Shown one piece after another: positions 19,454 through 29,472 of a DNA stretch of 33,309 bases (position 1 is its first letter; each line of letters opens with the position of its first letter). This DNA is from Blastocystis sp. Blastoise (lineage: Eukaryota > Protista > Bigyra: Opalinata), in contig JBBPEB010000016.1 of the NCBI GenBank assembly GCA_039096225.1, positions 1-33,309 of the forward strand. Reading direction: 5' to 3'. The translations under genes were made by a program, and so were the position numbers. The notes beneath the pieces are model-generated. The model was not told where the DNA came from. It saw only the letters and a list, made by a program, of their open reading frames with translations, and did not search any database.

Positions 19454-19945
19454 ATGATGCTTTTATCTAAACAAATTGTTTATAAAAAAACTCAAATTTG
19501 TACATGTATAAGTCTTAATAGTGTAGTAGCTTATAGTACAAATTGTAAAAAACTAAAACGTTTTACAACTGGAGATTCAATTTTTGATAATTATAAATAT
19601 TTAGCTTTATATCATACTCCTTTAAATAGTAAACCGTTAATGCATACTTATAAAGTTAAATTTTTACCTACTTTAGATTATTTACGTGAAATTTATCCTG
19701 GATTAACAAATAATGTGACTATATTTTATACTAATGATAAATTAGAATTTGATAAATTTATACATAAATATTCTCAATCTTTACATATAATGATTGTATT
19801 TATTGAAAAACAATATATATGTTGTGATTTTAATCGTCTTAATATAAATTCATTTAGTGATTTTCTTAATTTTTATTTATTTTCTTATAAAAAAAGATTT
19901 TATACTTTAAAAAAATTAAGTGAAACTAAAAAAGTAGTTAAATAA
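19454..19945 (+). CDS. unassigned orf163, possibly a highly divergent rpl10-like protein
   Basis: Intact 163-codon soluble basic ORF downstream of nad7. Size fits L10, but no diagnostic motif is recognised. Confidence 0.6.
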   Translation: MMLLSKQIVYKKTQICTCISLNSVVAYSTNCKKLKRFTTGDSIFDNYKYLALYHTPLNSKPLMHTYKVKFLPTLDYLREIYPGLTNNVTIFYTNDKLEFDKFIHKYSQSLHIMIVFIEKQYICCDFNRLNINSFSDFLNFYLFSYKKRFYTLKKLSETKKVVK

Positions 19946-20276
19946 ATATATACCTTTTATAAGTATAATAATATTTGTAACTTTATTTGTAAATATATTA
20001 TTAGATAATAATATAATAACTATATTTACATCTGATAATGAAAATTTATTTAATTGGTTTTCAATTATCAATGAAATTAGTAATATTAAAGTTATAGGAC
20101 AAACTTTATTTACTAATTATGCTTTTTATTTTATTTTAGCTGGTTTTGTATTATTAATTGGTATAATGGGTTCTATTATTTTAAGTAGAAGAACCAATAA
20201 AAATATTAGAAGATATCAATTAGTATATCAACAATTATCTAGAAATATTGAAAATGCTGTATTTTTAATAGATTAA
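19938..20276 (+). pseudogene. nad6: 3' half of nad6, with no start codon or N-terminal helices
   Basis: Frame reads LNKYIPFISIIIFVTLFVNILLDNNIITIFTSDNENLFNWFSIINEISNIKVIGQTLFTNYAFYFILAGFVLLIGIMGSIILSRRTNKNIRRYQLVYQQLSRNIENAVFLID*. The NI..IG..L.T.Y...F...G..LL..M.G.I.L motif marks the Nad6 C-terminus. In-frame TAG at 19935. Confidence 0.88.
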
Positions 20277-20293
20277 TTTTATAATTTTCAATA

Positions 20294-20366
20294 GCGTTCT
20301 TAGCTTAATGGACAGAGTAACAGTCTTCTAAATTGTTTTGTATCAGTTCGATTCTGATAGAACGCT
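20294..20366 (+). tRNA. trnR: tRNA-Arg(UCU)
   Basis: GCGTTCT/AGAACGC acceptor, ACAGT-CTTCTAA-ATTGT arm. Confidence 0.93.
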
Positions 20367-20433
20367 TATAAGTTTTTGGGATTATTTTTTTAAATTATCC
20401 CATTAATATTTATATATATATTGGAGAAGGAAG

Positions 20434-21245
20434 AAATTTTAGAGTTTAATCCTGGCTCCGAATAAACGCTAGTAGTATGCTTGAACACATGCAAGTCGAA
20501 TGTTTTTTTGTTTTTTAAAAAGACATGGCGTACGGGTGAGTAAATGAAAAAATTTCTACCTAAAGGATCAATGGAATATTGAATATTTAAAGATTTTTTC
20601 GCCTTTAGATTAGTTTTTTCTAGGATTAGGTAGTTGGTAATGTAAAAGATTACCAAGCCAACAATCCTTAGCTGGTTTTTGCGAACGATCAGTCACATCG
20701 GAATTGAAATAAGGTCCGAACTCTAACGAGGCAGCAGTGAGGAATATTGGACAATGAACGAAAGTTTGATCCAGCAATACTACGTAAGTGATGAATGTTT
20801 TGTTACTGTAAAACTTAAATTATATTTAGGATTATGACCTTTATATAAGAAGTCCCGGCAAACTCTGTGCCAGCAGCCGCGGTAATACAGAGGGGGCGAG
20901 CGTTATTCGTATTTACTGGGCGTAAAGTGTTTTGAGACGATTTTTTAAGTTAAAAAGGAAATTCCAAAGCTTAACTTTGAAAGAATTTTTAATACTGAAA
21001 ATTTAGAGTTTATTACAGGATAATAGAATTTTTGACAGGAGGGGTGAAATCCAAAGATATCAAAAAGAATGCCATTTGGCGAAGGCAATTATCTAGTAAA
21101 AAACTGACGTTGATTAACGAAAGCATGGGGAGCAAATAGGATTCGATACCCTAGTAGTCCATGCTGTAAACTATGAATATTAATTATTGTAAATTTTTTT
21201 GCAGTAGTTTAGTTAACGTATTAATATTCCGCCTGGGAAGTAAAA

Positions 21246-21296
<51 letters not shown>

Positions 21297-21895
21297 ACAT
21301 GTGGTTTAATCCGATAACCCGCGTAAAATCTTACCAGTTCTTGACTTAATTTAGTTTTAACGTTATTATTTCAAAAAAATAATAATTATAAATTACAGGT
21401 GTTGCATGGCTGTCGTCAGCTCGTGTTGTGAAATGTTAAGTTCATTCTTTTAACGAGCGCAACCTCTTATTTAAATCACGATTTTAAAAAAGAAGTAAAT
21501 TATAATTACTTTAATTTAAAAGTTAAATTTAAATATATTATGAGATGAATGCCAAGTCATTATGACCCTTATGAACTGGGCTACACATGTGTTACAATGT
21601 TTTTAACAAAAAGATGCAATTATGAGAATAGGAGCAAATCTTTAAAGAAAAACAAAGTTCGGATTATAGATTGAAATTCATCTATATGAAGTTGGAATCG
21701 CTAGTAATCGTGCATTAGAACGGCACGGTGAATATGTACTTGAGCCTTGTACACACCGCCCGTCACATTAGAAAAATTATTTTTGTACGAAATATTGATA
21801 ATACAACATATTATTAATATTACTATAAAAATTTTGATTTTAATGAAGTCGTAACAAGGTAGCCGTATGGGAACATGTGGCTGGAATTATTATAT
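20434..21895 (+). rRNA. rns: small subunit rRNA (ends approximate)
   Basis: AGAGTTTAATCCTGGCTC, GTGCCAGCAGCCGCGGTAATAC, AAACTCAAAGGAATTGACGG and AAGTCGTAACAAGGT. Confidence 0.98.
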
Positions 21896-21917
21896 TTAAA
21901 AAAACTAAAGACTTATA

Positions 21918-21989
21918 AGGTAATTAACTCAATGGTAGAGTATTTCGCTTACAACGAAGAAGTTAATGGTTCAAGTCCATTATTACCTA
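21918..21989 (+). tRNA. trnV: tRNA-Val(UAC)
   Basis: AGGTAAT/ATTACCT acceptor, anticodon loop CTTACAA. Confidence 0.94.
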
Positions 21990-21990
21990 A

Positions 21991-22057
21991 ATCAAGGTGC
22001 TAGGTAGCTACTTAGGCTCATGCCCTAATTATTTAGGTTCAATCCCTAACCTTGATA
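21991..22057 (+). tRNA. trnfM: tRNA-Met(CAU), probable initiator, with reduced D arm (67 nt)
   Basis: ATCAAGG/CCTTGAT acceptor, TTAGG-CTCATGC-CCTAA anticodon arm, TTAGG-TTCAATC-CCTAA T arm. Confidence 0.8.
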
Positions 22058-22065
22058 TAACATTA

Positions 22066-23786
22066 GCATTTAAGTACAAAGAGCATTAGAAGGATGCCTA
22101 GGTATTTATTTATGGACGTTTTATCGAAAATTTATGGCTAATTAATGTAATCATACCATAAGATTCCTGAGGGGAAACCTTTTCAAAATGAAAAGTTTTT
22201 TATACAAGAATAACTAAAATATAGTGAACTGAAACATCTAAGTAACTATAGAAAAGATATCAAACGAAATTTCGTAAGTAGTGGCGAACGAACACGAATC
22301 AGGCTCAAATTTTTATGAAATTTTATAGAATAAATCCAAAGATGGTATTAAAAGACCAGTTTCTATGAAATTAATAAATTGTATTAAGTAAAACGGAACA
22401 CGTGAAATTCTGTTTGAATATAGGGGGACCATCCTCTAAGCCTAAATAAAATAAATAACCGATAGTGAACAAGTACTGTGAAGGAAAGGTGAAAAAGCTT
22501 ATTTATATATTATAGTGAAATAGAACCTGAAATCTAATGCTCTATAACAATTGGAGCTTAAAATAGTGACAATGTACCTTTTGTATAATGGACCAGCAAC
22601 TTTATTAATTTAGCAAGCTTAATTCGATAGAAATAGGCGTAGTGAAAGCAAATTTAAATAAAATTTTAAGTTAAATTAATAAGACCCGAAATCAAGTGAT
22701 CTAACTATGAATAGGTTGACTTTAATGTAAAAGTTAAACGAAGACCGAACTCGTATCTGTTGCAAAAGATTGAGATGATTTGTGGTTAGGGGTGAAAGGC
22801 TAATCAAACTTGAAGATAGCTGGCTTTCTGCGAAATCTATTTAGGTAGAGTGTCAAAATTTAATATAATGGGGTAGAGAACTCGATAAAAAAGGGGGGCC
22901 ATTATGGTCTTACTAATTTTAATGAAACTTCAAATACATTATATATTAATTTTGGCAAACAGACTTTGAGTGCTAAGATTCAAAGTCGAGAGGGAAACAG
23001 CCCAGATTGTATGTTAAGGCCTCTAAATTTATTCTTATCGTATAAGGATTTATATAAATAATGACAACCAAAAGATAGGCTCAGAAGCAGCCATTCTTTA
23101 AAGAAAGCGTAATTGCTCATTGGTCTAGTTTATATATTCCGAAGATGTATAGAGACTAAAGAATAATGCCGAAACAGCAAATTTAATTTTAGATTAAATG
23201 GTAGCAGAACGTTTTGTATGCTTAAAAGTTAGAATTGAAAAATTTTAATTTAGTATCAAAAGTGATAATGCTGGTATAAGTAGAATAAACAATGTAACAA
23301 AACATTGTCGCCGAAAATCCAAGGTTTTTAAAATAAAAATAAAGTTTTTTATAATATACGGTCTCTAAGATAAATATGAGAATTTTTATTGATGAGTTAT
23401 ATTAATATATTTTTAAAAATTATGAATACAATTTTAAAAAATAGAGTATTGTTTTTATTTTTGTATTGATAGTTACGCGAAATAAATATTAATTCAAACC
23501 GTACTAAAACCGACACTGGTGGATTAGTAGAAAATACTAAGGCGTAGAGATAATCATAGCGAAGGAACTAGGCAAAATGACTTCGTAACTTCGGGAGAAG
23601 AAGTTCCTATAAATTAATTATTTATAGGAGGCACACAATAGGGGGTAGCGACTGTTTAATAAAAACACAAGACTATGCTAAATCGAAAGATGATGTATAT
23701 GGTCTGACATCTGCCAAATGCTGTGTAGTTAAATTCAAAAGTTAAATGCTTTTGATATAAACAGCAGTCAATGGCGGCCGTAACTC

Positions 23787-23817
<31 letters not shown>

Positions 23818-24714
23818 AATTAATTGTTGACGCGCATGAATGATGTAACGACTTCCCCACTGTCTCCGCTATGAACTCTTTGAAATTGAATTATTCGTGA
23901 AGATGCGAATTGCATATGGCTAGACGGTAAGACCCTGTGCACCTTTACTACAATTATACACTGATTACATTTATAAAAATGTGTAGAATAAGTGGGAGTT
24001 TAAAAAACGACAATGAAATACCACTCATTTTTATTATTTGTAGCTAACTAAAAGGAAAACTGTATATTTGGTAGTTTGACTGGGGCGGTAACCTCCTAAA
24101 ATGTAACGGAGGCATATAAAGGTAAACTGAAATTATTTTGTAAATAATGATAGAGTGCAATGGCATAAGTTTGCTTGACTGTGAGATTGACAAATCAAAC
24201 AGAAACGAAAGTTGATCATAGTGACCCGGTAGTTCTTTATGGAAAGGCTATCGATCAATGGATAAAAGGTACGCCAGGGATAACAGGCTGATGACTCTCT
24301 CGAGTTCTTATCGACGGAGTAGTTTGGCACCTCGATGTCGGCCCATCACATCCTAGAGCTGTAGAAGGTTCTAAGGGTTTGACTGTTCGTCAATTAAAGT
24401 GGTACGCGAGCTGGGTTTAAAACGTCGTGAGACAGTTTTGTCCCTATCTACCATATGTTTTAGAAAAAAAAGGAACGATAATCTTAGTACGAGAGGACCA
24501 GATTAGGTTGATCAATAGTGCATCGGTTATTTTAACTCAAAGTATAGCCGAGTAGCCAAATCAATAAAAAATAATTACTGAAAGCATATAGGTAAGAATT
24601 TTATTCCTAATTTTTCTTTTAAAGAAATGTAGAAGACTACTACATTAATAGGCTTAAAGTGTAAATATGGTAACATATTAGCTTATAAGTACTAATTTTT
24701 CAATACTTAAATGC
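22066..24714 (+). rRNA. rnl: large subunit rRNA, no introns seen
   Basis: Terminal helix GCATTTAAGTA/TACTTAAATGC; GAACTGAAACATCTAAGTA, GGCACCTCGATGTCGG and sarcin-ricin loop AGTACGAGAGGAC. Confidence 0.98.
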
Positions 24715-24719
24715 AATAA

Positions 24720-24802
24720 AGAACAATCGCTTAGTGGCTATAGCAACAGACTGTAAATCTGTGGAATTCTATTCATCGTGGGTTCGAGTCCCTCTTGTTC
24801 TA
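24720..24802 (+). tRNA. trnY: tRNA-Tyr(GUA)
   Basis: ACAGA-CTGTAAA-TCTGT arm, long variable arm. Confidence 0.94.
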
Positions 24803-24886
24803 TTTAAAAATTTTTTATTACAAAAATAGTTAAAGCTAATATATATTTAAAGATATTTTTAATTATTTTTTGTAATTTTAATTAAA

Positions 24887-26350
24887 ATGTATAATATTCT
24901 GATCTCTTTAATAATTTTACCTTTAATAGGATCTTTTATAATAAGTTTATTAGATTTCAATAATATAAAAACAATAAGAAATGTTGCTTTATATACAACA
25001 ACTATTACTTTCTTTATATCATTATTACTTTTAGTATTTTTTGATAAAAGTAATTTTGGTTTTCAATTTTTAACTTCAACTAATTGGTTAAATGCTATAA
25101 ATTTAAATTTTATTTTAGGTATAGATGGTATTTCATTATTTTTTATTTTATTAACTACCTTTTTATTTCCTATTTGTATTTTATCTAGTTGGAATTATAT
25201 TTTACATAATACTAAATTATTTTATATAAGTTTTTTAATTATGGAAACTATTTTAGTATTAGTATTTAGTGTATTAGATGTTGTATTTTTCTATATGTTC
25301 TTTGAAAGTGTTTTAATCCCAATGTTTATTATTATAGGTATATGGGGTGCTAGAGAAAGAAAAATATTTGCTTCTTATATGTTTTTCTTATATACACTTT
25401 TAGGTTCAGTATTAATGTTAATTGGTATATTTGTAATGTTTTGTTATACTGGTACTTCAAGTTATGAAGTATTATTAACTTGTAATTTTAATGAAAATTT
25501 ACAATTATTATTATGGTTAGCTTTCTTCTTATCATTTGCTGTTAAAGTACCTATGGTACCTTTCCACATATGGTTACCTGAAGCTCATGTAGAAGCTCCT
25601 ACACCAGGTTCTGTTATATTAGCAGGTGTTTTATTAAAATTAGGTACTTATGGTTTTATGAGATTTTCATTACCTTTATTTCCTTATGCTAATATATATT
25701 TTACTCCTTTTGTATTTACTTTAAGTTTATTAGGTGTAATTTATGCTTCATTAATTGCTATAAGACAAACTGATTTAAAAAGAATTATTGCTTATGCTTC
25801 AGTAGCTCATATGAATTTAATAATGATTGGTTTATTTTCAAATAATATTACTGCTATAGAAGGTGCTTTATTACAAATGTTAAGTCATGGTTTAGTAGCT
25901 GGTGCTTTATTCTTAGTTGTAGGTGTTTTATATGAACGTTTTCATAGTCGTTTAATAAAATATTATAGTGGTTTAGTACAAGTTATGCCTATGTTTGTAT
26001 TATTCTTCTTATTCTTCACTTTAGCTAACATAGCTGTACCTGGTACTAGTAGTTTTGTTGGTGAATTTTTAATCTTTATTGGTACTTTTCAAAATCATGC
26101 AGCAGTTACTTTCTTATCAGCTACTGGTATGTTATTTGGTGGTATTTATTCTTTATGGTTATATAATAGAGTAGCTTATGGTAATGTAAAAATAAAATAT
26201 GTAACTAATTTTGTAGATTTAAATAAAAGAGAAGTTTTCATGTTCTTAATTATATTAATTGTAGTTGTATTTGCAGGTATTTATCCTAAATTCTTTTTAG
26301 ATTACATACATGCTTCAGTAACAGGTTTAGTTAATTTTATGAATATATAA
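24887..26350 (+). CDS. nad4: NADH dehydrogenase subunit 4
   Basis: KVPMVPFHIWLPEAHVEAPT.GSVILAGVLLKLG and DLKRIIAYASVAHM. Confidence 0.98.
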   Translation: MYNILISLIILPLIGSFIISLLDFNNIKTIRNVALYTTTITFFISLLLLVFFDKSNFGFQFLTSTNWLNAINLNFILGIDGISLFFILLTTFLFPICILSSWNYILHNTKLFYISFLIMETILVLVFSVLDVVFFYMFFESVLIPMFIIIGIWGARERKIFASYMFFLYTLLGSVLMLIGIFVMFCYTGTSSYEVLLTCNFNENLQLLLWLAFFLSFAVKVPMVPFHIWLPEAHVEAPTPGSVILAGVLLKLGTYGFMRFSLPLFPYANIYFTPFVFTLSLLGVIYASLIAIRQTDLKRIIAYASVAHMNLIMIGLFSNNITAIEGALLQMLSHGLVAGALFLVVGVLYERFHSRLIKYYSGLVQVMPMFVLFFLFFTLANIAVPGTSSFVGEFLIFIGTFQNHAAVTFLSATGMLFGGIYSLWLYNRVAYGNVKIKYVTNFVDLNKREVFMFLIILIVVVFAGIYPKFFLDYIHASVTGLVNFMNI

Positions 26351-26364
26351 TTATATTTTTAAAA

Positions 26365-26436
26365 GGGTTTATAGTTTAATGGTAAAACATTCGACTTTTA
26401 ATCGAAGAAGTTTGGGTTCAAATCCCAATAAACTCA
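26365..26436 (+). tRNA. trnK: tRNA-Lys(UUU)
   Basis: TTCGA-CTTTTAA-TCGAA arm. Confidence 0.95.
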
Positions 26437-26444
26437 ATTTATAA

Positions 26445-26530
26445 GGAAAAATGTCAGAGTGGTAATGAGTTAACCTGCTAAGTTAAAGGAAGTTTAATCT
26501 TCCTCAACGGTTCAAATCCGTTTTTTTCCG
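26445..26530 (+). tRNA. trnS: tRNA-Ser(GCU)
   Basis: TTAAC-CTGCTAA-GTTAA arm, long variable arm. Confidence 0.94.
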
Positions 26531-26728
26531 AAAAATCTTATATTTTAACATAATATTATACTATTATATCATCATCATATCATTAATATGATGGGGGGAT
26601 AAAAAATTCCGTTTTAACAAATAATTAAATTTAATTATTTGTTAAAACGGAATTTTTTATCCCCCCATCATATTAATGATATGATGATGATATAATAGTA
26701 TAATATTATGTTAAAATATAAGATTTTT
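26531..26728. other. non-coding palindrome centre (candidate hairpin telomere or end junction)
   Basis: 99 bp of non-coding DNA on each side of the symmetry axis at 26629/26630, with no loop or spacer. Confidence 0.6.
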
Positions 26729-26814
26729 CGGAAAAAAACGGATTTGAACCGTTGAGGAAGATTAAACTTCCTTTAACTTAGCAGGTTAACTCATTACCAC
26801 TCTGACATTTTTCC
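26729..26814 (-). tRNA. trnS: tRNA-Ser(GCU), mirror copy
   Basis: Reverse complement of 26445-26530. Confidence 0.93.
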
Positions 26815-26822
26815 TTATAAAT

Positions 26823-26894
26823 TGAGTTTATTGGGATTTGAACCCAAACTTCTTCGATTAAAAGTCGAATGTTTTACCATTAAACTATAAACCC
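26823..26894 (-). tRNA. trnK: tRNA-Lys(UUU), mirror copy
   Basis: Reverse complement of 26365-26436. Confidence 0.93.
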
Positions 26895-26908
26895 TTTTAA
26901 AAATATAA

Positions 26909-28372
26909 TTATATATTCATAAAATTAACTAAACCTGTTACTGAAGCATGTATGTAATCTAAAAAGAATTTAGGATAAATACCTGCAAATACAACTACAA
27001 TTAATATAATTAAGAACATGAAAACTTCTCTTTTATTTAAATCTACAAAATTAGTTACATATTTTATTTTTACATTACCATAAGCTACTCTATTATATAA
27101 CCATAAAGAATAAATACCACCAAATAACATACCAGTAGCTGATAAGAAAGTAACTGCTGCATGATTTTGAAAAGTACCAATAAAGATTAAAAATTCACCA
27201 ACAAAACTACTAGTACCAGGTACAGCTATGTTAGCTAAAGTGAAGAATAAGAAGAATAATACAAACATAGGCATAACTTGTACTAAACCACTATAATATT
27301 TTATTAAACGACTATGAAAACGTTCATATAAAACACCTACAACTAAGAATAAAGCACCAGCTACTAAACCATGACTTAACATTTGTAATAAAGCACCTTC
27401 TATAGCAGTAATATTATTTGAAAATAAACCAATCATTATTAAATTCATATGAGCTACTGAAGCATAAGCAATAATTCTTTTTAAATCAGTTTGTCTTATA
27501 GCAATTAATGAAGCATAAATTACACCTAATAAACTTAAAGTAAATACAAAAGGAGTAAAATATATATTAGCATAAGGAAATAAAGGTAATGAAAATCTCA
27601 TAAAACCATAAGTACCTAATTTTAATAAAACACCTGCTAATATAACAGAACCTGGTGTAGGAGCTTCTACATGAGCTTCAGGTAACCATATGTGGAAAGG
27701 TACCATAGGTACTTTAACAGCAAATGATAAGAAGAAAGCTAACCATAATAATAATTGTAAATTTTCATTAAAATTACAAGTTAATAATACTTCATAACTT
27801 GAAGTACCAGTATAACAAAACATTACAAATATACCAATTAACATTAATACTGAACCTAAAAGTGTATATAAGAAAAACATATAAGAAGCAAATATTTTTC
27901 TTTCTCTAGCACCCCATATACCTATAATAATAAACATTGGGATTAAAACACTTTCAAAGAACATATAGAAAAATACAACATCTAATACACTAAATACTAA
28001 TACTAAAATAGTTTCCATAATTAAAAAACTTATATAAAATAATTTAGTATTATGTAAAATATAATTCCAACTAGATAAAATACAAATAGGAAATAAAAAG
28101 GTAGTTAATAAAATAAAAAATAATGAAATACCATCTATACCTAAAATAAAATTTAAATTTATAGCATTTAACCAATTAGTTGAAGTTAAAAATTGAAAAC
28201 CAAAATTACTTTTATCAAAAAATACTAAAAGTAATAATGATATAAAGAAAGTAATAGTTGTTGTATATAAAGCAACATTTCTTATTGTTTTTATATTATT
28301 GAAATCTAATAAACTTATTATAAAAGATCCTATTAAAGGTAAAATTATTAAAGAGATCAGAATATTATACAT
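26909..28372 (-). CDS. nad4: NADH dehydrogenase subunit 4, mirror copy
   Basis: Protein identical to 24887-26350. Confidence 0.97.
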   Translation of the reverse strand: MYNILISLIILPLIGSFIISLLDFNNIKTIRNVALYTTTITFFISLLLLVFFDKSNFGFQFLTSTNWLNAINLNFILGIDGISLFFILLTTFLFPICILSSWNYILHNTKLFYISFLIMETILVLVFSVLDVVFFYMFFESVLIPMFIIIGIWGARERKIFASYMFFLYTLLGSVLMLIGIFVMFCYTGTSSYEVLLTCNFNENLQLLLWLAFFLSFAVKVPMVPFHIWLPEAHVEAPTPGSVILAGVLLKLGTYGFMRFSLPLFPYANIYFTPFVFTLSLLGVIYASLIAIRQTDLKRIIAYASVAHMNLIMIGLFSNNITAIEGALLQMLSHGLVAGALFLVVGVLYERFHSRLIKYYSGLVQVMPMFVLFFLFFTLANIAVPGTSSFVGEFLIFIGTFQNHAAVTFLSATGMLFGGIYSLWLYNRVAYGNVKIKYVTNFVDLNKREVFMFLIILIVVVFAGIYPKFFLDYIHASVTGLVNFMNI

Positions 28373-28456
28373 TTTAATTAAAATTACAAAAAATAATTAA
28401 AAATATCTTTAAATATATATTAGCTTTAACTATTTTTGTAATAAAAAATTTTTAAA

Positions 28457-28539
28457 TAGAACAAGAGGGACTCGAACCCACGATGAATAGAATTCCACAG
28501 ATTTACAGTCTGTTGCTATAGCCACTAAGCGATTGTTCT
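28457..28539 (-). tRNA. trnY: tRNA-Tyr(GUA), mirror copy
   Basis: Reverse complement of 24720-24802. Confidence 0.93.
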
Positions 28540-28544
28540 TTATT

Positions 28545-29441
28545 GCATTTAAGTATTGAAAAATTAGTACTTATAAGCTAATATGTTACCATATTTACAC
28601 TTTAAGCCTATTAATGTAGTAGTCTTCTACATTTCTTTAAAAGAAAAATTAGGAATAAAATTCTTACCTATATGCTTTCAGTAATTATTTTTTATTGATT
28701 TGGCTACTCGGCTATACTTTGAGTTAAAATAACCGATGCACTATTGATCAACCTAATCTGGTCCTCTCGTACTAAGATTATCGTTCCTTTTTTTTCTAAA
28801 ACATATGGTAGATAGGGACAAAACTGTCTCACGACGTTTTAAACCCAGCTCGCGTACCACTTTAATTGACGAACAGTCAAACCCTTAGAACCTTCTACAG
28901 CTCTAGGATGTGATGGGCCGACATCGAGGTGCCAAACTACTCCGTCGATAAGAACTCGAGAGAGTCATCAGCCTGTTATCCCTGGCGTACCTTTTATCCA
29001 TTGATCGATAGCCTTTCCATAAAGAACTACCGGGTCACTATGATCAACTTTCGTTTCTGTTTGATTTGTCAATCTCACAGTCAAGCAAACTTATGCCATT
29101 GCACTCTATCATTATTTACAAAATAATTTCAGTTTACCTTTATATGCCTCCGTTACATTTTAGGAGGTTACCGCCCCAGTCAAACTACCAAATATACAGT
29201 TTTCCTTTTAGTTAGCTACAAATAATAAAAATGAGTGGTATTTCATTGTCGTTTTTTAAACTCCCACTTATTCTACACATTTTTATAAATGTAATCAGTG
29301 TATAATTGTAGTAAAGGTGCACAGGGTCTTACCGTCTAGCCATATGCAATTCGCATCTTCACGAATAATTCAATTTCAAAGAGTTCATAGCGGAGACAGT
29401 GGGGAAGTCGTTACATCATTCATGCGCGTCAACAATTAATT

Positions 29442-29472
<31 letters not shown>

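Noticed and set aside
20390-20656. 88-aa ORF (and mirror 32603-32869)
   Set aside because: Antisense to the 5' part of rns
24133-24330. 65-aa ORF (and mirror 28929-29126)
   Set aside because: Antisense to conserved domain V of rnl; not an intron ORF
94-26350. Non-standard genetic code (UGA=Trp)
   Set aside because: All genes translate full-length with the standard code, conserved Trp sites use TGG, and trnW has a CCA anticodon
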